64,000 nt of DNA, taken from assembly GCA_000004695.1 (NCBI GenBank), contig CM000154.2:1536001-1600000 (forward strand). The letters are read 5' to 3'. Numbering within the stretch: the stretch's first letter is position 1; each line of letters starts with the position of its first letter. This document shows positions 39,886-52,567 of this stretch, one piece after another. Source of the DNA: Dictyostelium discoideum (Eukaryota). The notes beneath the pieces are model-generated. The model ran no database searches. It was not told the origin of the DNA and was given only the letters and a program-made list of their open reading frames with translations. The translations under genes and the position numbers were made by a program.

Positions 39886-42800
39886 ATGAAGTATTCAAGT
39901 TTTTTATTACTTTTTATATATATATTTTTTATTTTAAATAATGTAACTTTTTAAATTTGGACTTTAAAAAATAAAAAATAAAATTAATATAGGATTTATT
40001 AATAGTTTAATAATTATTTTAATTAGATAAATGCTCAATCATGTCCATCTACTAGTTCAACATGGAGACCAACAATGGCATCATTTGTAACACCAACATC
40101 TCCATCAATTGCAACAATTCAACCACAATTAGACTTTTTATTAGGTAAAAATAATTTGGTTTTTATGGGTCAATATGGTTACTCTGCAACTTCGATTACT
40201 GATGGTCCAACAGGTGTAGCAAATTCATTCACTATGAATTATGATACTTGGGGTCCAGCAATGCATTGGTTGGTTGTAAAGACACCTGTTCCCGCTCTTA
40301 AAGCAAATCAAAACTATGAATTTAGTTTTGGTTTTAAATTGGGTCAAGTTTTAGGTAGCTATAATAAAATTGCAAGTATTTCAGTAAACTTTTTTAATCC
40401 AGCCGATATTACAGATCCAAATGGAGGAAGTCAATATTTTGTAACTCCAGCACACCCAGCAGTATATAGTAAAACCGTTACCACTGGTTCGTGGACTTCA
40501 TCTACAACATTTGCCCAAAACATCATTACTCTTACACCTACTGTTGATATTGGTTTATCAATAATGGCAATTCAAATTACTCGTACCTCCCAAACTGGTC
40601 CAGCTATTACCACTATGTTTGTTAGTAACATGAAATTATCAATTCCATCCAGAACCGTTCCAGCTCCACCAACCAACTTAATTACCAAAGATTCCGAATT
40701 AATTGCTATTCCAAAACCATTATCAAGTCTTGATGCTCAAGATTCAACAACATGTCCATACTTAGCAACCGATTTAGTTCACTGGCACGACCCAACAATT
40801 TGGACTAGTGGTGTTGTACCATTACCATCAACTTCATCAAACATTATCATACCAGCAGGTAAAAAAGTTTTAATCTCACCATGCTCAATCAACCAAACCG
40901 GTATTTATCAAAAAATTACTATCCCAGCAACTTCTGAATTAATATTTGCAGATGCAAGCTTAACAATGAATATTCAAGATATTTATGTCCAAGGTAAATT
41001 TATCATGGGTACAACTAAATGTCGTTACAATGCCAATATTAATATTGTATTCAATGGTGCAATGACAACTGTTGATACAATTGCTCAATATTTTGGTTCA
41101 AAAGGTATTGCTGTTGCTTCAGGTGGTTTTATAAGTGTTCATGGTAGACAATACCATAATACTTGGACTAAATTGGCTGCCACTGCTTGGTCTGGTGATA
41201 ATGTTATCTATATTCAAGATGATGTTAATTGGATTGTTGGACAACAAGTTGTAGTTGCAACAAGTGTTTATCAAGATGAGAAATATCCAGAGAATGAAGT
41301 AATGACAATTGCTGCCATCCAAGGAAAAGTTATACAATTCACTGAACCACTTAAATACTATCATTATGGTGGTCAAGAATATCAAGCTGAAGTCGCTCTC
41401 CTAACAAGAAATATCGTTTTCCAAAGTGAGTCTTCATCTGCTGCTTCATCATTTGGTGGTCATGTTCTTGTAAGTGGTGAAGGTCAGTTTGCTGGTATTC
41501 AACTCATTCGTATGGGTCAAAGAAACATAAAAGGTCGTTATCCATTACATTTCCACATGGCAAACACAGTTAGCAAATCCTACATTTCTGATTGTTCAGT
41601 AGTCAGTAGTTATTATCGTTGTTACACAATTCATGCCACTAATAATGTAACTGTTACAAGAAATGTTGCATTTGATGTAAATGGACATTGTTATTATTTA
41701 GAAGATGGTGTTGAAATGGATAACACTCTTTCATTCAACTTTGCTTCATATGTTCATACGATTGGAACTCCAGCAGCAGGATATAATCAATATGGTCAAG
41801 ATTTTACCCAATCATCTTCACTTGCACAACCAGCTGATGTTGCTGCTGGTGGTTTCTATATTACAAACGCATGGAATTCATTTATTGGTAATGCAGCAAG
41901 TGGTGGTTGGGCAGGTTTTTCATTCCCAAACTTAGACGCACCAATTGGTAATTCAATTAATGTTCCAATCGTTCCAAAACAATTCACAACTAAAGTTTTC
42001 CAAGGTAATACAGCACATTCAAGTGGATACTTTTTTGAATTTGGTTCATCCATTTATGTAGGAGGCGATTTATCAACAGGATCAGATGGTTTATTGGTTT
42101 ATAATAGTGGTAGAATTTCAAGAGAAACCTATTTAAATGGTGTTGAATCTGGAGGTGAAATTTGGATGAGATTTAACAATACAAAAGTTTATCTTTCCAA
42201 TAGGGGTATTGGTATGTGGGGTGAACGTGTTGAAGTTATTTTATTAGAAAGTCATGACTCCATTCGTCCAGGTTCATTATTTGGTGAAGCATGGTTATCA
42301 GATGCAATTGTAAATGGTCAAACTGGTAATTTATTGTCTAAAACCACTGATTATTCAAGACAAGGTTTCCAATTTTATGATACTTATGTAAAGACAATTT
42401 TAACCAATATCATTTTCAGAAACTTTGTTCATAATCCATTATCAACAAGTCCAGAAGATGACAATAGAGTGATCATCAGTATGACCCATTCCGATGAATT
42501 TAAACCACAATTTATCTCTGCTACAAAGAATATTACCATTCAAGGTACAGCTGTCTCTCAATATATTGGACATCGTATTTTTGATACTGGTTCAAGTCGT
42601 CAATTTAATTTTGTAGATTATGACGGTACCATTTCAGGTAGAAGTGTTCCAACTATTTTTGGCGCACATGATAAATGGTGGCAATTCGATAACACTTGTA
42701 CATACAATAACGATTGGAATTCTTGGGTTTGTAATAAGGGTACTTATGAAGTTGCAAGTGTATCTGTTGAAGTACCAGGCTATATGGATCGTTCAGGTGA

Positions 42801-43329
42801 ATATGATGCAACATCCAATGTCGGTTATATTTATTTATTCGGTAGTGGAATTACAGATTCAAGAAGAATGAATGTAACAAGAAATGTTGGTATCACTGGT
42901 ATTTCTGACTTTGGATGGTATTTATATTGGACTGTAGGTACACCAAGTTATATTAAACTTTGGTTATCAGAAGTTCCATATGGCCACTATGTTTTCTTTG
43001 CAATTCCATACCCAGCAAGTACAACCTTTAAAGTTTCATGTGAATATAAATATAACTCTCAACATTCTTATAATTTCACACAAGCCACATCAGCCGCTGC
43101 AGTTAGAAGTGGTGATGGTAAGAAATATTATTTCAATGGTACTCATCTTTTTGTTAAAGTTATCAACTTTGTCTTAAATGGAAGTGAATACTTTAGTCGT
43201 GGAGGTGCCAAAATCAATGATGTATATTGGGAGTTCATTGTTCACATTACAGCAACCAATACCGTAAAACCACCTGTAAATGGATTTTATACTGGTTTAA
43301 CAGATGTATTACCTTCAAGTACACTTTAA
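39886..43329 (+). CDS. Secreted large right-handed beta-helix-type protein (G8/PbH1-like architecture by inference), join(39886..39942,40027..43329)
   Basis: The short first exon encodes a signal peptide MKYSSFLLLFIYIFFILNN, with donor AAT|GTAACT and acceptor AATTAG at 40026, phase 0. The mature region is Ser/Thr/Gly-rich with repeated hydrophobic-x-hydrophobic beta-strand periodicity. It contains segments such as GQRNIKGRYPLHFHMANTVSKSYISDCSVVSSYYRCYTIHATNNVTVTRNVAFDVNGHCYYLEDG and many NxT/S sites. The family call is tentative. Confidence 0.55.
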
Positions 43330-43460
43330 TAAATCAAAATAATAAAATAGTAAAATAATTATGTTTAATATACAAAATTAAAAATAATGTTTGTTTTTTT
43401 TTTTTTATAATTTTGATGTTCTTTTTATTTTAATATTTTTTATTTAATACTTTGAAATTC

Positions 43461-43760
43461 CAAAGTGGCAGTTTTAAGGTTGGTTTCTTTTTAGAAAATA
43501 AAGCTATTCGGGTGGATATCCTACGTGATAATAGAAAGAGTATTTTTAATGATGGTTCCAATACTGTGAATGTTGGCATCACTGGTATTTCTGACTTTGG
43601 TTGGTATTTAAATAAATAAGTAAATTGGACTGTGGGTGCACCAAGTTATATTAAACTTTGTTTATCAGAAGTTCCATATGCTCGTTATTTGAGAAATTGA
43701 AAAAAAATAATAAAATAAATCAAAATAAAATAATAATAAAATAATTATGTTTATTTTTTT
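43461..43760 (+). pseudogene. Mosaic of decayed gene fragments copied from the two upstream genes: a UBR last-exon piece, a beta-helix-gene piece, and a 3'UTR piece
   Basis: 43461..43560 is ~88% identical to 39101..39196 (UBR C-terminal exon, GSFKVGFFLETKAPRIDILRDHRKSIFNNGY region). 43567..43690 matches 42884..42995 of the beta-helix gene (NVGITGISDFGWYLYWTVGTPSYIKLWLSEVPYG), with a 13-bp insertion. 43718..43760 repeats the AAATCAAAATAATAAAATAGTAAAATAATTATGTTTA motif that follows the beta-helix stop (43330..43368). The piece has no intact ORF. Confidence 0.65.
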
Positions 43761-43846
43761 AATTATTTAATCAATACCTCTAAAATAATTTCAGTAATTT
43801 GTAAATAGTTGATTTATTTTTTAGTTTTGATGTTTTTATTTATTTT

Positions 43847-43898
<52 letters not shown>

Positions 43899-44011
43899 AA
43901 TTATTATTAATTATTATTAATTATTATTAATTATTATTAATTATTAATTATTATTAATTATTATTATTTATTATTATTATTACTTATTATTATTATTATT
44001 ATTTTTAAAAA

Positions 44012-45925
44012 TTAAAATAATTCATCATCATCATCCTTCTTTTTCAATTTTTTTTCTAAATTCTTATTTTTGTTTTTATTTTGTTTGATTTGTTTATTTG
44101 ATAAACCTTCACCAGATACTGGGGCCAATTTGAATCTTTCTTCTTTTTCTTTTCTCTTTCTCTCTCTTTCTCTTTCCTCCTCTTCAAAAAGATCTAATTG
44201 AGCCTGAGTGATATTTTCTTTTGCCAACTCTTTTTGAATTTCCATTCTTTTTAAGGTTGCAGCAACGGAAGCAGCAACTTGAACTGGATCGGCATCAAGA
44301 CCCAACTCATATAAACGATCGATTTCATCTCTTTCCAATTTCTCTTTTAATCTCTCGGCTTCAGTATTCTCTTTCCTTTCAATTCTTTTAAGATGTTCTT
44401 GTCTCTCTTTAACTGTTAATGGTTGATAGAAACGACTAATGAGTAGACCATTTTTTTCAACATTAGTTTGAACCCTACCAATACCTTTAACCAAAGGTTC
44501 TAAAAGAGCGAAAATCTTTGGACCCTCTTGTGCCACTGGAGAATTACTATCTAAGACAATTCTATCTTTTTTGTCTTGGGGTGATTGTTTGTAGGTGATT
44601 GTAACTTCAACGCTGTGTCTTTTCAAAAGGAATTTAACAATCTGATCAAATTTAACGGCTCTGTCATTTTCATTGATATTTGAAGAGATGATAACACCCT
44701 TAGTTCCTTTGGTAGCATGATCAACTTTTCTTTCTCTCTCTTGTTCTAACCTTTTCTCTGAGATTTTAATGAAATCTTCCAAAGTGACAAGTCTTCCATA
44801 TACATTACCATTTTGACCAAATGTTAAAACGATATCCAACTTTTTAGTGTATGCGAGTCTATAAGCTTGTGGACCACTCATCAAGCCAATGTTAGTACCA
44901 TCGACATTAATCACTTGAACAGAATTTAGATTGATAACATCATCATTGAATTTTGTACGATTGTCTTTAAGTTTATCGACTTCATATAATCTAACACTTA
45001 ATTTTTTGATATCTCCATGATTTGAGAAAACTTTATTTGTAATATAGTTTGAAGGGCTTTTTGGATCACCAACTAAATCTTGATTTTTTGGAAACATTTC
45101 TGAAATCTCTTCATCAGCGAAACCAACCTCTGACAATAGTTTTTTCCTTCTATTCATTTCATAGTTGATTTTATATTCCAAAATCTTACTATTTTTCTTC
45201 TCCCTCATTTTTAAAAGGTTTGCTTTGTGTTCCATTGGTAATCTATCTTCTTGATACACCCTTCTCCCCCTTCTACGTCCATAAGCATCGTCTTCATCAA
45301 AATCGTCCTCTTCTTCTTCTTCTTCTTCTTCTTCTTCTTCAAAATCCTCCTCTTCTTCAAAATCCTCCTCTTCTTCTTCAATATCCTCTTCTTGATCTTC
45401 ATACTCCTCTTGATCATCGATTTCATTTTTTTGACGTCCATCATGAATTGGATTTTGTTTTGGACGAGATAAACTTGTCTTACCAAAATTTTTCTTTCGT
45501 GGTGGGAAAACGTGTAATTGATCATCATCTACCAAATCAACTTGTGGTTCTTTAAAATTTTCAGTTTCATCCAAATAGATATCAAATGATGAAATTTTAA
45601 TCTTTTTCTTTTGGTTAATTTCACGTTTTGATTTTTCAATCTTTGGATTTAATTGTTCTTCAATATATTTTTCATCTAAATCCATCTCTAAATCTTCAGC
45701 TCCCTCTTCTAAACCCATTGCACTTTTAATTTTTTCAGGTTCATAATTTGGAGTAATTGAAATTGAAGGTTTTTTAATATAATATCTATTTAAATTAATT
45801 TTATCATTATTAATTGAAACTAATGACAATGATGATGATGATGATGATGATGATGATAATGGTGTGAAAATTAATTTATTTAGGTATTGATTATTTCTTA
45901 AAATTTTATTTGTTACTGATAACAT
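44012..45925 (-). CDS. Acidic-tract protein with IF3-like N- and C-domains, possibly a mitochondrial translation initiation factor 3 homologue
   Basis: The N-terminus MLSVTNKILRNNQYLNKLIFTPL is presequence-like. A long Glu/Asp run (EEEEEDFEEEEDFEEEEEEEEEEEDDFDEDD) follows. The central region KLSVRLYEVDKLKDNRTKFNDDVINLNSVQVINVDGTNIGLMSGPQAYRLAYTKKLDIVL resembles the IF3 N-domain, and KGVIISSNINENDRAVKFDQIVKFLLKRHSVEVTI resembles the IF3 C-domain. The assignment is from memory and tentative. Confidence 0.4.
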   Translation of the reverse strand: MLSVTNKILRNNQYLNKLIFTPLSSSSSSSSSLSLVSINNDKINLNRYYIKKPSISITPNYEPEKIKSAMGLEEGAEDLEMDLDEKYIEEQLNPKIEKSKREINQKKKIKISSFDIYLDETENFKEPQVDLVDDDQLHVFPPRKKNFGKTSLSRPKQNPIHDGRQKNEIDDQEEYEDQEEDIEEEEEDFEEEEDFEEEEEEEEEEEDDFDEDDAYGRRRGRRVYQEDRLPMEHKANLLKMREKKNSKILEYKINYEMNRRKKLLSEVGFADEEISEMFPKNQDLVGDPKSPSNYITNKVFSNHGDIKKLSVRLYEVDKLKDNRTKFNDDVINLNSVQVINVDGTNIGLMSGPQAYRLAYTKKLDIVLTFGQNGNVYGRLVTLEDFIKISEKRLEQERERKVDHATKGTKGVIISSNINENDRAVKFDQIVKFLLKRHSVEVTITYKQSPQDKKDRIVLDSNSPVAQEGPKIFALLEPLVKGIGRVQTNVEKNGLLISRFYQPLTVKERQEHLKRIERKENTEAERLKEKLERDEIDRLYELGLDADPVQVAASVAATLKRMEIQKELAKENITQAQLDLFEEEERERERKRKEKEERFKLAPVSGEGLSNKQIKQNKNKNKNLEKKLKKKDDDDELF

Positions 45926-46463
45926 TTTATTTTATTTTATTTTATTTTTTTTAAAAAAATAAAAAAAAAAATTAAAAAAAAAAAAGATTATTATATGTTA
46001 AAAAAAAAAAAATTTAAATAAAAAAAAAAATTTGTGCAAATATGTGAATATACAAGACAATGGGTGGAAATTAATAAAAAAAAAAATAAAAATTAAAAAA
46101 AAAAAAATTATTAAGTTCAAAAAATTTATTGAAATTAAAATAAAAAAAAAAAAAAAAAAAAATTAAAATAAAAAAATTAAAAATTGTGACTTCAAAAAAA
46201 AAAAAAAATTAAGAAATTTGGAAATTAATTTCAAATAAAATAAATGATTTTATTATATTTATTTTAAAAATATAATAAAAATAAAAAATGATTTATGAAA
46301 ATAATAATAATGATTATAAAAATAATAAAAATAATTATAATAATGGTGATCAAATTTTTTTTTTTTTTTTTTTTTTTTATCATTTATGATTTATGAAAAT
46401 AATAATAAAAATGATCAAATATTTTTTTTTTTTTTTTTTTTTAATTTTGTCAAAATAATTTTA

Positions 46464-47167
46464 TTATTTTTTTAAAATTGATAAAACTGATTTAGTAGCT
46501 CTAAATAAATTTAAAGATTTGATTGTTGATTGAGAGATTTGTTGTCTTCTTTGAAATGCACCAAGTACAGCAGAGGTTGAATAAGTACGATCATATTTTC
46601 TAATACCAGCATTATCGACAGAAGATAAATAGAAAGAACCTGGGAACATATTTGTAGTTTCATCAGATGGTACATAATTTTTAAGATTATGTCTAGTTTC
46701 ACGAAGTGATAATTTCTCTGTGAAAATCTCTGGTTCAACACGAACTCTTTTAGCTAAACGATTCTTTAAATCAACTTTTTCAACGATATGATTAATTGGT
46801 TTTTCAACTTTGAATGAGAATGCAGATGCAGCCAAACCAGAACCATATGAAAAGGTTAATACTCTCTTACCAACTAAATCATTTGATTTTTCATCAAGTA
46901 ATGATAAAAGTCCAGAATAGGTTGAACCACAATAAGTATTACCCAATTGTTTGGCTAATAAAGTGGTTGGTGCAACCTTGGTAGCATAATCATTCTTGGT
47001 GATTGCTGACAATGCTTTTTCAAGTACACTATCGAAATAAGTATCTTCTGGTTTAACATTCTTATAAGCTTCCAATGATGCATATCTTGAATCATTTGGA
47101 TTATTTAAAAAGTCATTATATAACTAAATAAATAAATAAAAAAATAAATAAATAAATTTAGTTAATA

Positions 47168-47199
<32 letters not shown>

Positions 47200-48009
47200 T
47201 TTTTTTTTTTTAATATTTACCATTCTACCAAATGATTTTTGAACCAATTTATTGTATGGTGAATGGAAAAGAGCAAAATCAACTTGATCGAGTGAGAAAG
47301 ATTTACCATATTTCTTTTCAAAGGCTTTGGCATAACGATTGTAACAATTATCGATAGCTCTGAAATAGCAAGAGATTGAGAGTTTACCATCGACACGTGG
47401 ATATTCGGAATCCATATCTGGTTTATAGAAATCGTAGACATTTTCCATATGGACACCACGAAGACCAGATTCAAAGGTGATTGGTGCATTTGGACCAATT
47501 AACATTGCAACAACACCTGCACCACCAGTTGGACGAGCTGGACCTTTTTCATAGACTGCGATATCACCAGCGACAACAATAGCATTACGGCCATCCCAAT
47601 AGGAGGATTCCATCCATTGGAGTGCATTATGGAGTGCAGATGTACCACCATAGCAAGCGTTAATAGTGTCAATACCATCGATTGAAGTATTTCCATGTTT
47701 GGCAAAGAGATCCATTAAAACGGTTTTAACTGATTTGGATTTATCAATAACAGTTTCAGTACCGACTTCAAGACGACCAATTGAGTTTGGATCAACATTG
47801 AATTTATCCATTAAATTATTGACTGCATTTAATGAGAGCGAGTAGATATCTTCTCTGTCACCACAGAATGCCATATTAGTTTGACCGAGACCTAATGTGT
47901 ATTTACCTTGGCTGACACCATCGAATTTTTCTAAATCTTCTTGTGCGACATAAGTACTTGGGAAGTAAACTTCAATTCCGTGGATACCGATATTTTCTGG
48001 TTTTGTCAT
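46464..48009 (-). CDS. hgsA: Hydroxymethylglutaryl-CoA synthase, complement(join(46464..47123,47221..48009)), about 482 aa
   Basis: N-terminal exon [60 protein letters not shown]... carries the catalytic Cys region of HMGCS. It ends ...SFGRM|GTAAAT (47220). Acceptor TATTTAG at 47124. Exon 2 reads [22 protein letters not shown]...[15 protein letters not shown]...[13 protein letters not shown]. The hgsA/hgsB paralogue cannot be told apart by eye. Confidence 0.85.
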
Positions 48010-48891
48010 TTTAAAATTATTCTTTTTTTTTTTTTTTTTTTAAAAAAATTATTGATTGTTTGATTTTTTTTTTTTTTTTAATAAATAAAATTATGTAAAA
48101 TATTGGAAAATAAATAATAATAATAAATTTTTTTTTTTTTTTTTAATTTAAATTAAATTTAATTTTTTTTTTTTAAATATATATAAATATATAAAATACA
48201 AATGTTTAAGAAATAATATATCAAGTCGAAAAAGTTAATTGAACAAGATATAAATTAAGTTTTTTTTAATAATTAAAGATTGTCGAGATTAAATTGAACA
48301 ATTTTTATAATAAAAAAAAAAAAAAGGAGTGTTAAATGACAAAAAAAAAAAAAATTATTTTTTGTATTAGAAGGGTGGTGTGGTGATATACTAAATGTGA
48401 AGTGTCGGAAGTTTTTTTAAACAAAAAAGAGATAACTAGAAAAAGTAACAAGAATTATAATTTTTAGGTTATAATTTATTAGTATACTTTTGAATTAAAT
48501 TATTTCTATTAATGTGTGTGTGAATACTTGTTGGTAGTGATGAGGAAAAAAAAAAAAAAATGAAAAATAATTTAGTTTAAATATCGGTCGAATGAGCAAA
48601 GAAAAAAAAAAAAAAATTATGAAAATAATAATTTTATAAAAAATAATTATTTTTTAAAAAAAAATAAAAAAAATTAAAAATAAATAAAAAATATCTTCAT
48701 CAACCCAATTGTTTTCTTCACTCATAGGAGCTGGTTTTTCTATTTTTTAAAGTTTTTATTGGGGCCACAATGACGATCAGTAGGGCTGGGTGGGTTTCCA
48801 TTTTTTTAAAAAAAAAAAAAAAAAAAAAATTTTAAAAATAAAATTAAAAAAAATTAAAATATGAATTTACCACCAATCCCAATCCCAAAAT

Positions 48892-48934
<43 letters not shown>

Positions 48935-49840
48935 TTTTAAAAATGAGTGTGCACAAAAAAAAAAAAAATAATTATAAAAAAAAGTGTTTAGAAAAAAAAA
49001 AAAAAAATAATAAAAAAAAAAAAAAAAATAATAGGTTATATTTACATACCTATTATGGATTGGTACAATATTTAATGTTCAATTAAAAATTGAAGGAATA
49101 GTTTTTTTTTTAATATTTTATTTTAAATTAAATAATTAATTTTTTTTTAAAAAAATTAAAAAAAAAATATAAAAAAAATTAAAAATAAATTCCAACTTAA
49201 AAAAAATAAAAAAAAAATTTATTGGATAATTAAATTTTAAATAATAAAAATTTCAATCAAAGTAGTGGTTAAATAATGGGACCTAAAAATGTAAATAAGG
49301 TTGAATAATATTTTATATTTTTTAATATGAAAATAAGATAAGATTTTCCCCCTTTTTCATTTCAAATCACCAACAAAAGTCTAAATTTGAAAAAAGAATA
49401 AATAAAAAAAACAAATAGATATTGAAAAAAAAAAAAGAAAAAAAAAAACTAAAAAAAAAAAATATCAAAAGATTCAACTTTTTTTTTTTTTTTTTTTTTA
49501 ATATCCAATAACCGACTAGATTCTATTTTATTTTTATTTTTTTTTTTATTTTTTTTCATATGAAAAAAACAAAACATTTCAGATAATTTGTCTTTTTCAT
49601 TTGTGAAAATAAAGAAAAAAAAAAAAAAACTTTAATTAAAGCTAATAAAGGTTTTTTTTCACTTTATCCAAGGTATATATGCCACATATTAAAAATTTTT
49701 TTTTTTTTATAACAACAATATTGTTATCGGTTTATGAATTTAAATATACAATTTTTTTTATTTTTTATTTTTTGTCTTTTTTTTTCTTTTTCTTTTCTTT
49801 CTTTTCTTCTTTTATAGATTATTTTTATAAATTTTTGTAA

Positions 49841-50316
49841 TTAGTGGACAATAGGCTTCATCGGCTCTGCTATTATCTCTTTTAGGTTTAATTTTTTATC
49901 TAATTCATCATCTACTTCCCCTATTACAGCCCTATATTTTAATATTTGGAAGTAAAGTTTTTTTTTATTTTTTTTTTTATCTGTTAGTTTTTTTTTTTTT
50001 TTATGTTATTTTTAATTTTATTGTTATTATCTTTTTATTTTTTATTTTTTTATTTTTTAAAAAAATTTCTTAAATCTCTTTTATCTTTTATCTGTTTTTT
50101 TTTATTTATTTTTTAAAAGATATTCAAATAAAAAAATAAAATAAAAAAAATATATGTATATATAATATACATACACATCATCACCTTTTATTAAATGTAC
50201 ACCCAATGGAATAACTTCAATTCCTTCATCAGAGTAAACTCTTTCATGACACTTTTCTAAAACTACATTAATGGTTTGATCAATTCCTCTCAATGTACCC
50301 TATTTATTTATTAAAA

Positions 50317-50402
<86 letters not shown>

Positions 50403-50699
50403 CGATATTGATAGATTTTGATACGATATTTAATAATTTTGACATATTTATATTATTAGTATATGCTAAATTGAGTAGAAGTTGATTTGATAAAAATGAA
50501 TGTAAAATATTTTATTTAATAAATCCACATACAATTATACTTCTACCATCTGCTGTTAAAACAAGGACTTGTTCTGAAAAAAATAAAAATAAAAATATTA
50601 ATATGATAAATTGGTGATTTGAATAAGAAAAAAAAAAATTTTATATGTGTGTGGGATGAGAAATATATTACTCTTTAAATATGATTCTAACATTGCCAT
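49841..50699 (-). CDS. lsm8: U6 snRNA-associated Sm-like protein LSm8, 4 exons: complement(join(49841..49931,50175..50299,50533..50573,50672..50699)), 95 aa
   Basis: Spliced product MAMLESYLK-KQVLVLTADGRSII-GTLRGIDQTINVVLEKCHERVYSDEGIEVIPLGVHLIKGDDV-AVIGEVDDELDKKLNLKEIIAEPMKPIVH*. It aligns along its whole length with human LSm8 (...SDGRMIVGTLKGFDQTINLILDESHERVF...RGDNVAVIGEIDEETDSALDLGNIRAEPLNSVAH). Donors GTAATA, GTATGT and GTATGT, with acceptors TTCAG, AATAG and TATAG, are all phase-consistent (1, 0, 2). A (TTA)n microsatellite at 50305..50400 lies in intron 2. The ORF track sees only a 63-aa piece. Confidence 0.75.
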
Positions 50700-51123
50700 T
50701 TTTTTATTTTTTTATTAATGTTATATATAAATAATAAACATATAGGTATATATATTCCTTAATTGGTGATGATCGAATTTAATAAAATGAAAAAAATATG
50801 AAAAATGAAAATTTTATAAAAAAAAAAATAAAAAATTTTAGAAAAAAAAAAAAAAAATAAAAAAAAAATAAAAAATAAATTAAAATTAAAATTAAAAATT
50901 ATATATATATATATATGTCCAATAAAATCAAAGTAATATTAGAAACTATAGTTTTTTTTTTAATTAATTTTTAATTTTCTTTTTTCACAAAAATTAATTA
51001 ATTTTTTATTTTATATTTTTTTATTTTTTTTAATTTTTTTTTTTTTTTAATTTTTTTTATTTTTTTTTTATTATTTTTTTTAATTTTTTTTTTTTTTCAG
51101 TGAACATCCACAAGGCATTGAAA

Positions 51124-51540
51124 ATGTTTAATTTTAATAGATATTTAGGTTCCAGTACAAGACCATATAATTGGTTATCAAATAATAGTAATAATATATC
51201 AAAGTTTACAATAAATAATAAAAATAATAATAAATTATTATTTACTTCCACATTTTCAAATATTAATAATCTCAATAATAATAATAAATACAATGAAATA
51301 AAATTTTATTCAACTACACCACCAAATTCATCAACTCCACCACCAATTCCACCAACCCATGGAAAGATTTCATTTTTTTTCACACAAACTTTTGATAAAG
51401 GAAATGGTTCAGTAAGTAATAAATTTTTAAATTTAGTTGGCTTAACAATTGTTTCATCAGCTCTTTTCTCTTTGGTAATGTACTTTTTTGATAATGCAGT
51501 GCAAGATGATGAATACATGTATAGAATTTTAAATTATTGT

Positions 51541-51613
<73 letters not shown>

Positions 51614-52567
51614 TTAATTTATTTACTAATATATAATTTTTTGTAATTATTATAGTTCCATCAACACCACCATTTTTATTAATGGATAAAAAAGGATACA
51701 TTAAAAAATTAGTTCAAGAATATAAAGAAGGTACAATTTCACCAACAGGATTAAAAATTATTGCATTGATTGCATCAACATTAGATGGTGATAAATATTT
51801 ATTAAAATATGATATGTTTGATATTGTTTGTGAAAAAGTAATCTCAAAAAAAGAAACAACTTTAAATAATTCTGATCAAGATTTTTTCATTCTCTTTCGT
51901 TTATCATTTAACTCAAAAAAAGCTGTACCAAATGAAATCGTTCAAAAAACTGAAAAAACTCATTTCTATAGATTTTTTACAGGTAAAAACATTTAAATAT
52001 ATATTTTTTAATCAAATTTATTAAAAAATAACTTTTAATTAACTTTTATTTATTTATATTATCATTTATTTTATTACTTGGGGGGAAAAAAAAAAAAAAG
52101 AAAATGAAAAAAGATTATCAGAATTAGAAGGAATGGTAGATTCATTTAAAATTAATTCAAAAGATGTTTTGTTATCTTTAATAGTTGCACCAATATTCGC
52201 ATTTGCAATTTTTTCCAGAAGAGTTTCACCAACAACTCTTTTTAATTCAATGAAAAGAAGTGCGGTCACATCAGGAATGGTAATGAGTGGTCCATTGCTT
52301 AGGGATTATATGAATGAAAATCTATTTGAAAATTGTGAAAACTTTACATGTCATGCATTGAAATCACAACTTCCATTCGTAGGTTATGGTTTGTTTTTAT
52401 TACAGTGCTCCCATTTTTCTTTTATCAGTTGGGTTTTGCCAGTTTTTACAACTTTATTTATTACAAAATCTTTTGAAGCCTACAGATACATTCCCAAAGT
52501 AACAGAGTTTTTACGTAAAAAGAAACCAAGAGATACTGATTTTTCAGTTGAACAAAAAAGTATTTAG
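51124..52567 (+). CDS. Hypothetical 3-exon protein with a presequence-like N-terminus and several predicted TM helices, putatively mitochondrial. Model join(51124..51538,51656..51982,52101..52567).
   Basis: The first in-frame ATG is at 51124; the track ORF at 51100 begins on GTG. Exon 1 ends ...RILNY with T|GTAATT (51539); the intron holds a (TTTA)n array. Acceptor TTATAG at 51655, phase 1. Exon 2 ends ...FYRFFT with G|GTAAAA at 51983. Acceptor AAAG at 52100 gives E-NEKRLSELEGMVDSF..., continuing the third track ORF. No homology recognised; the splice model is moderately supported. Confidence 0.45.

Noticed and set aside
48740-48800. GC-richer island GGGGCCACAATGACGATCAGTAGGGCTGGGTGGG between hgs and LSm8, considered as a snoRNA/ncRNA
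   Set aside because: No convincing C/D or H/ACA boxes and no terminal stem. It may be a promoter element of the HMG-CoA synthase gene, but the evidence is too thin to list as a feature.
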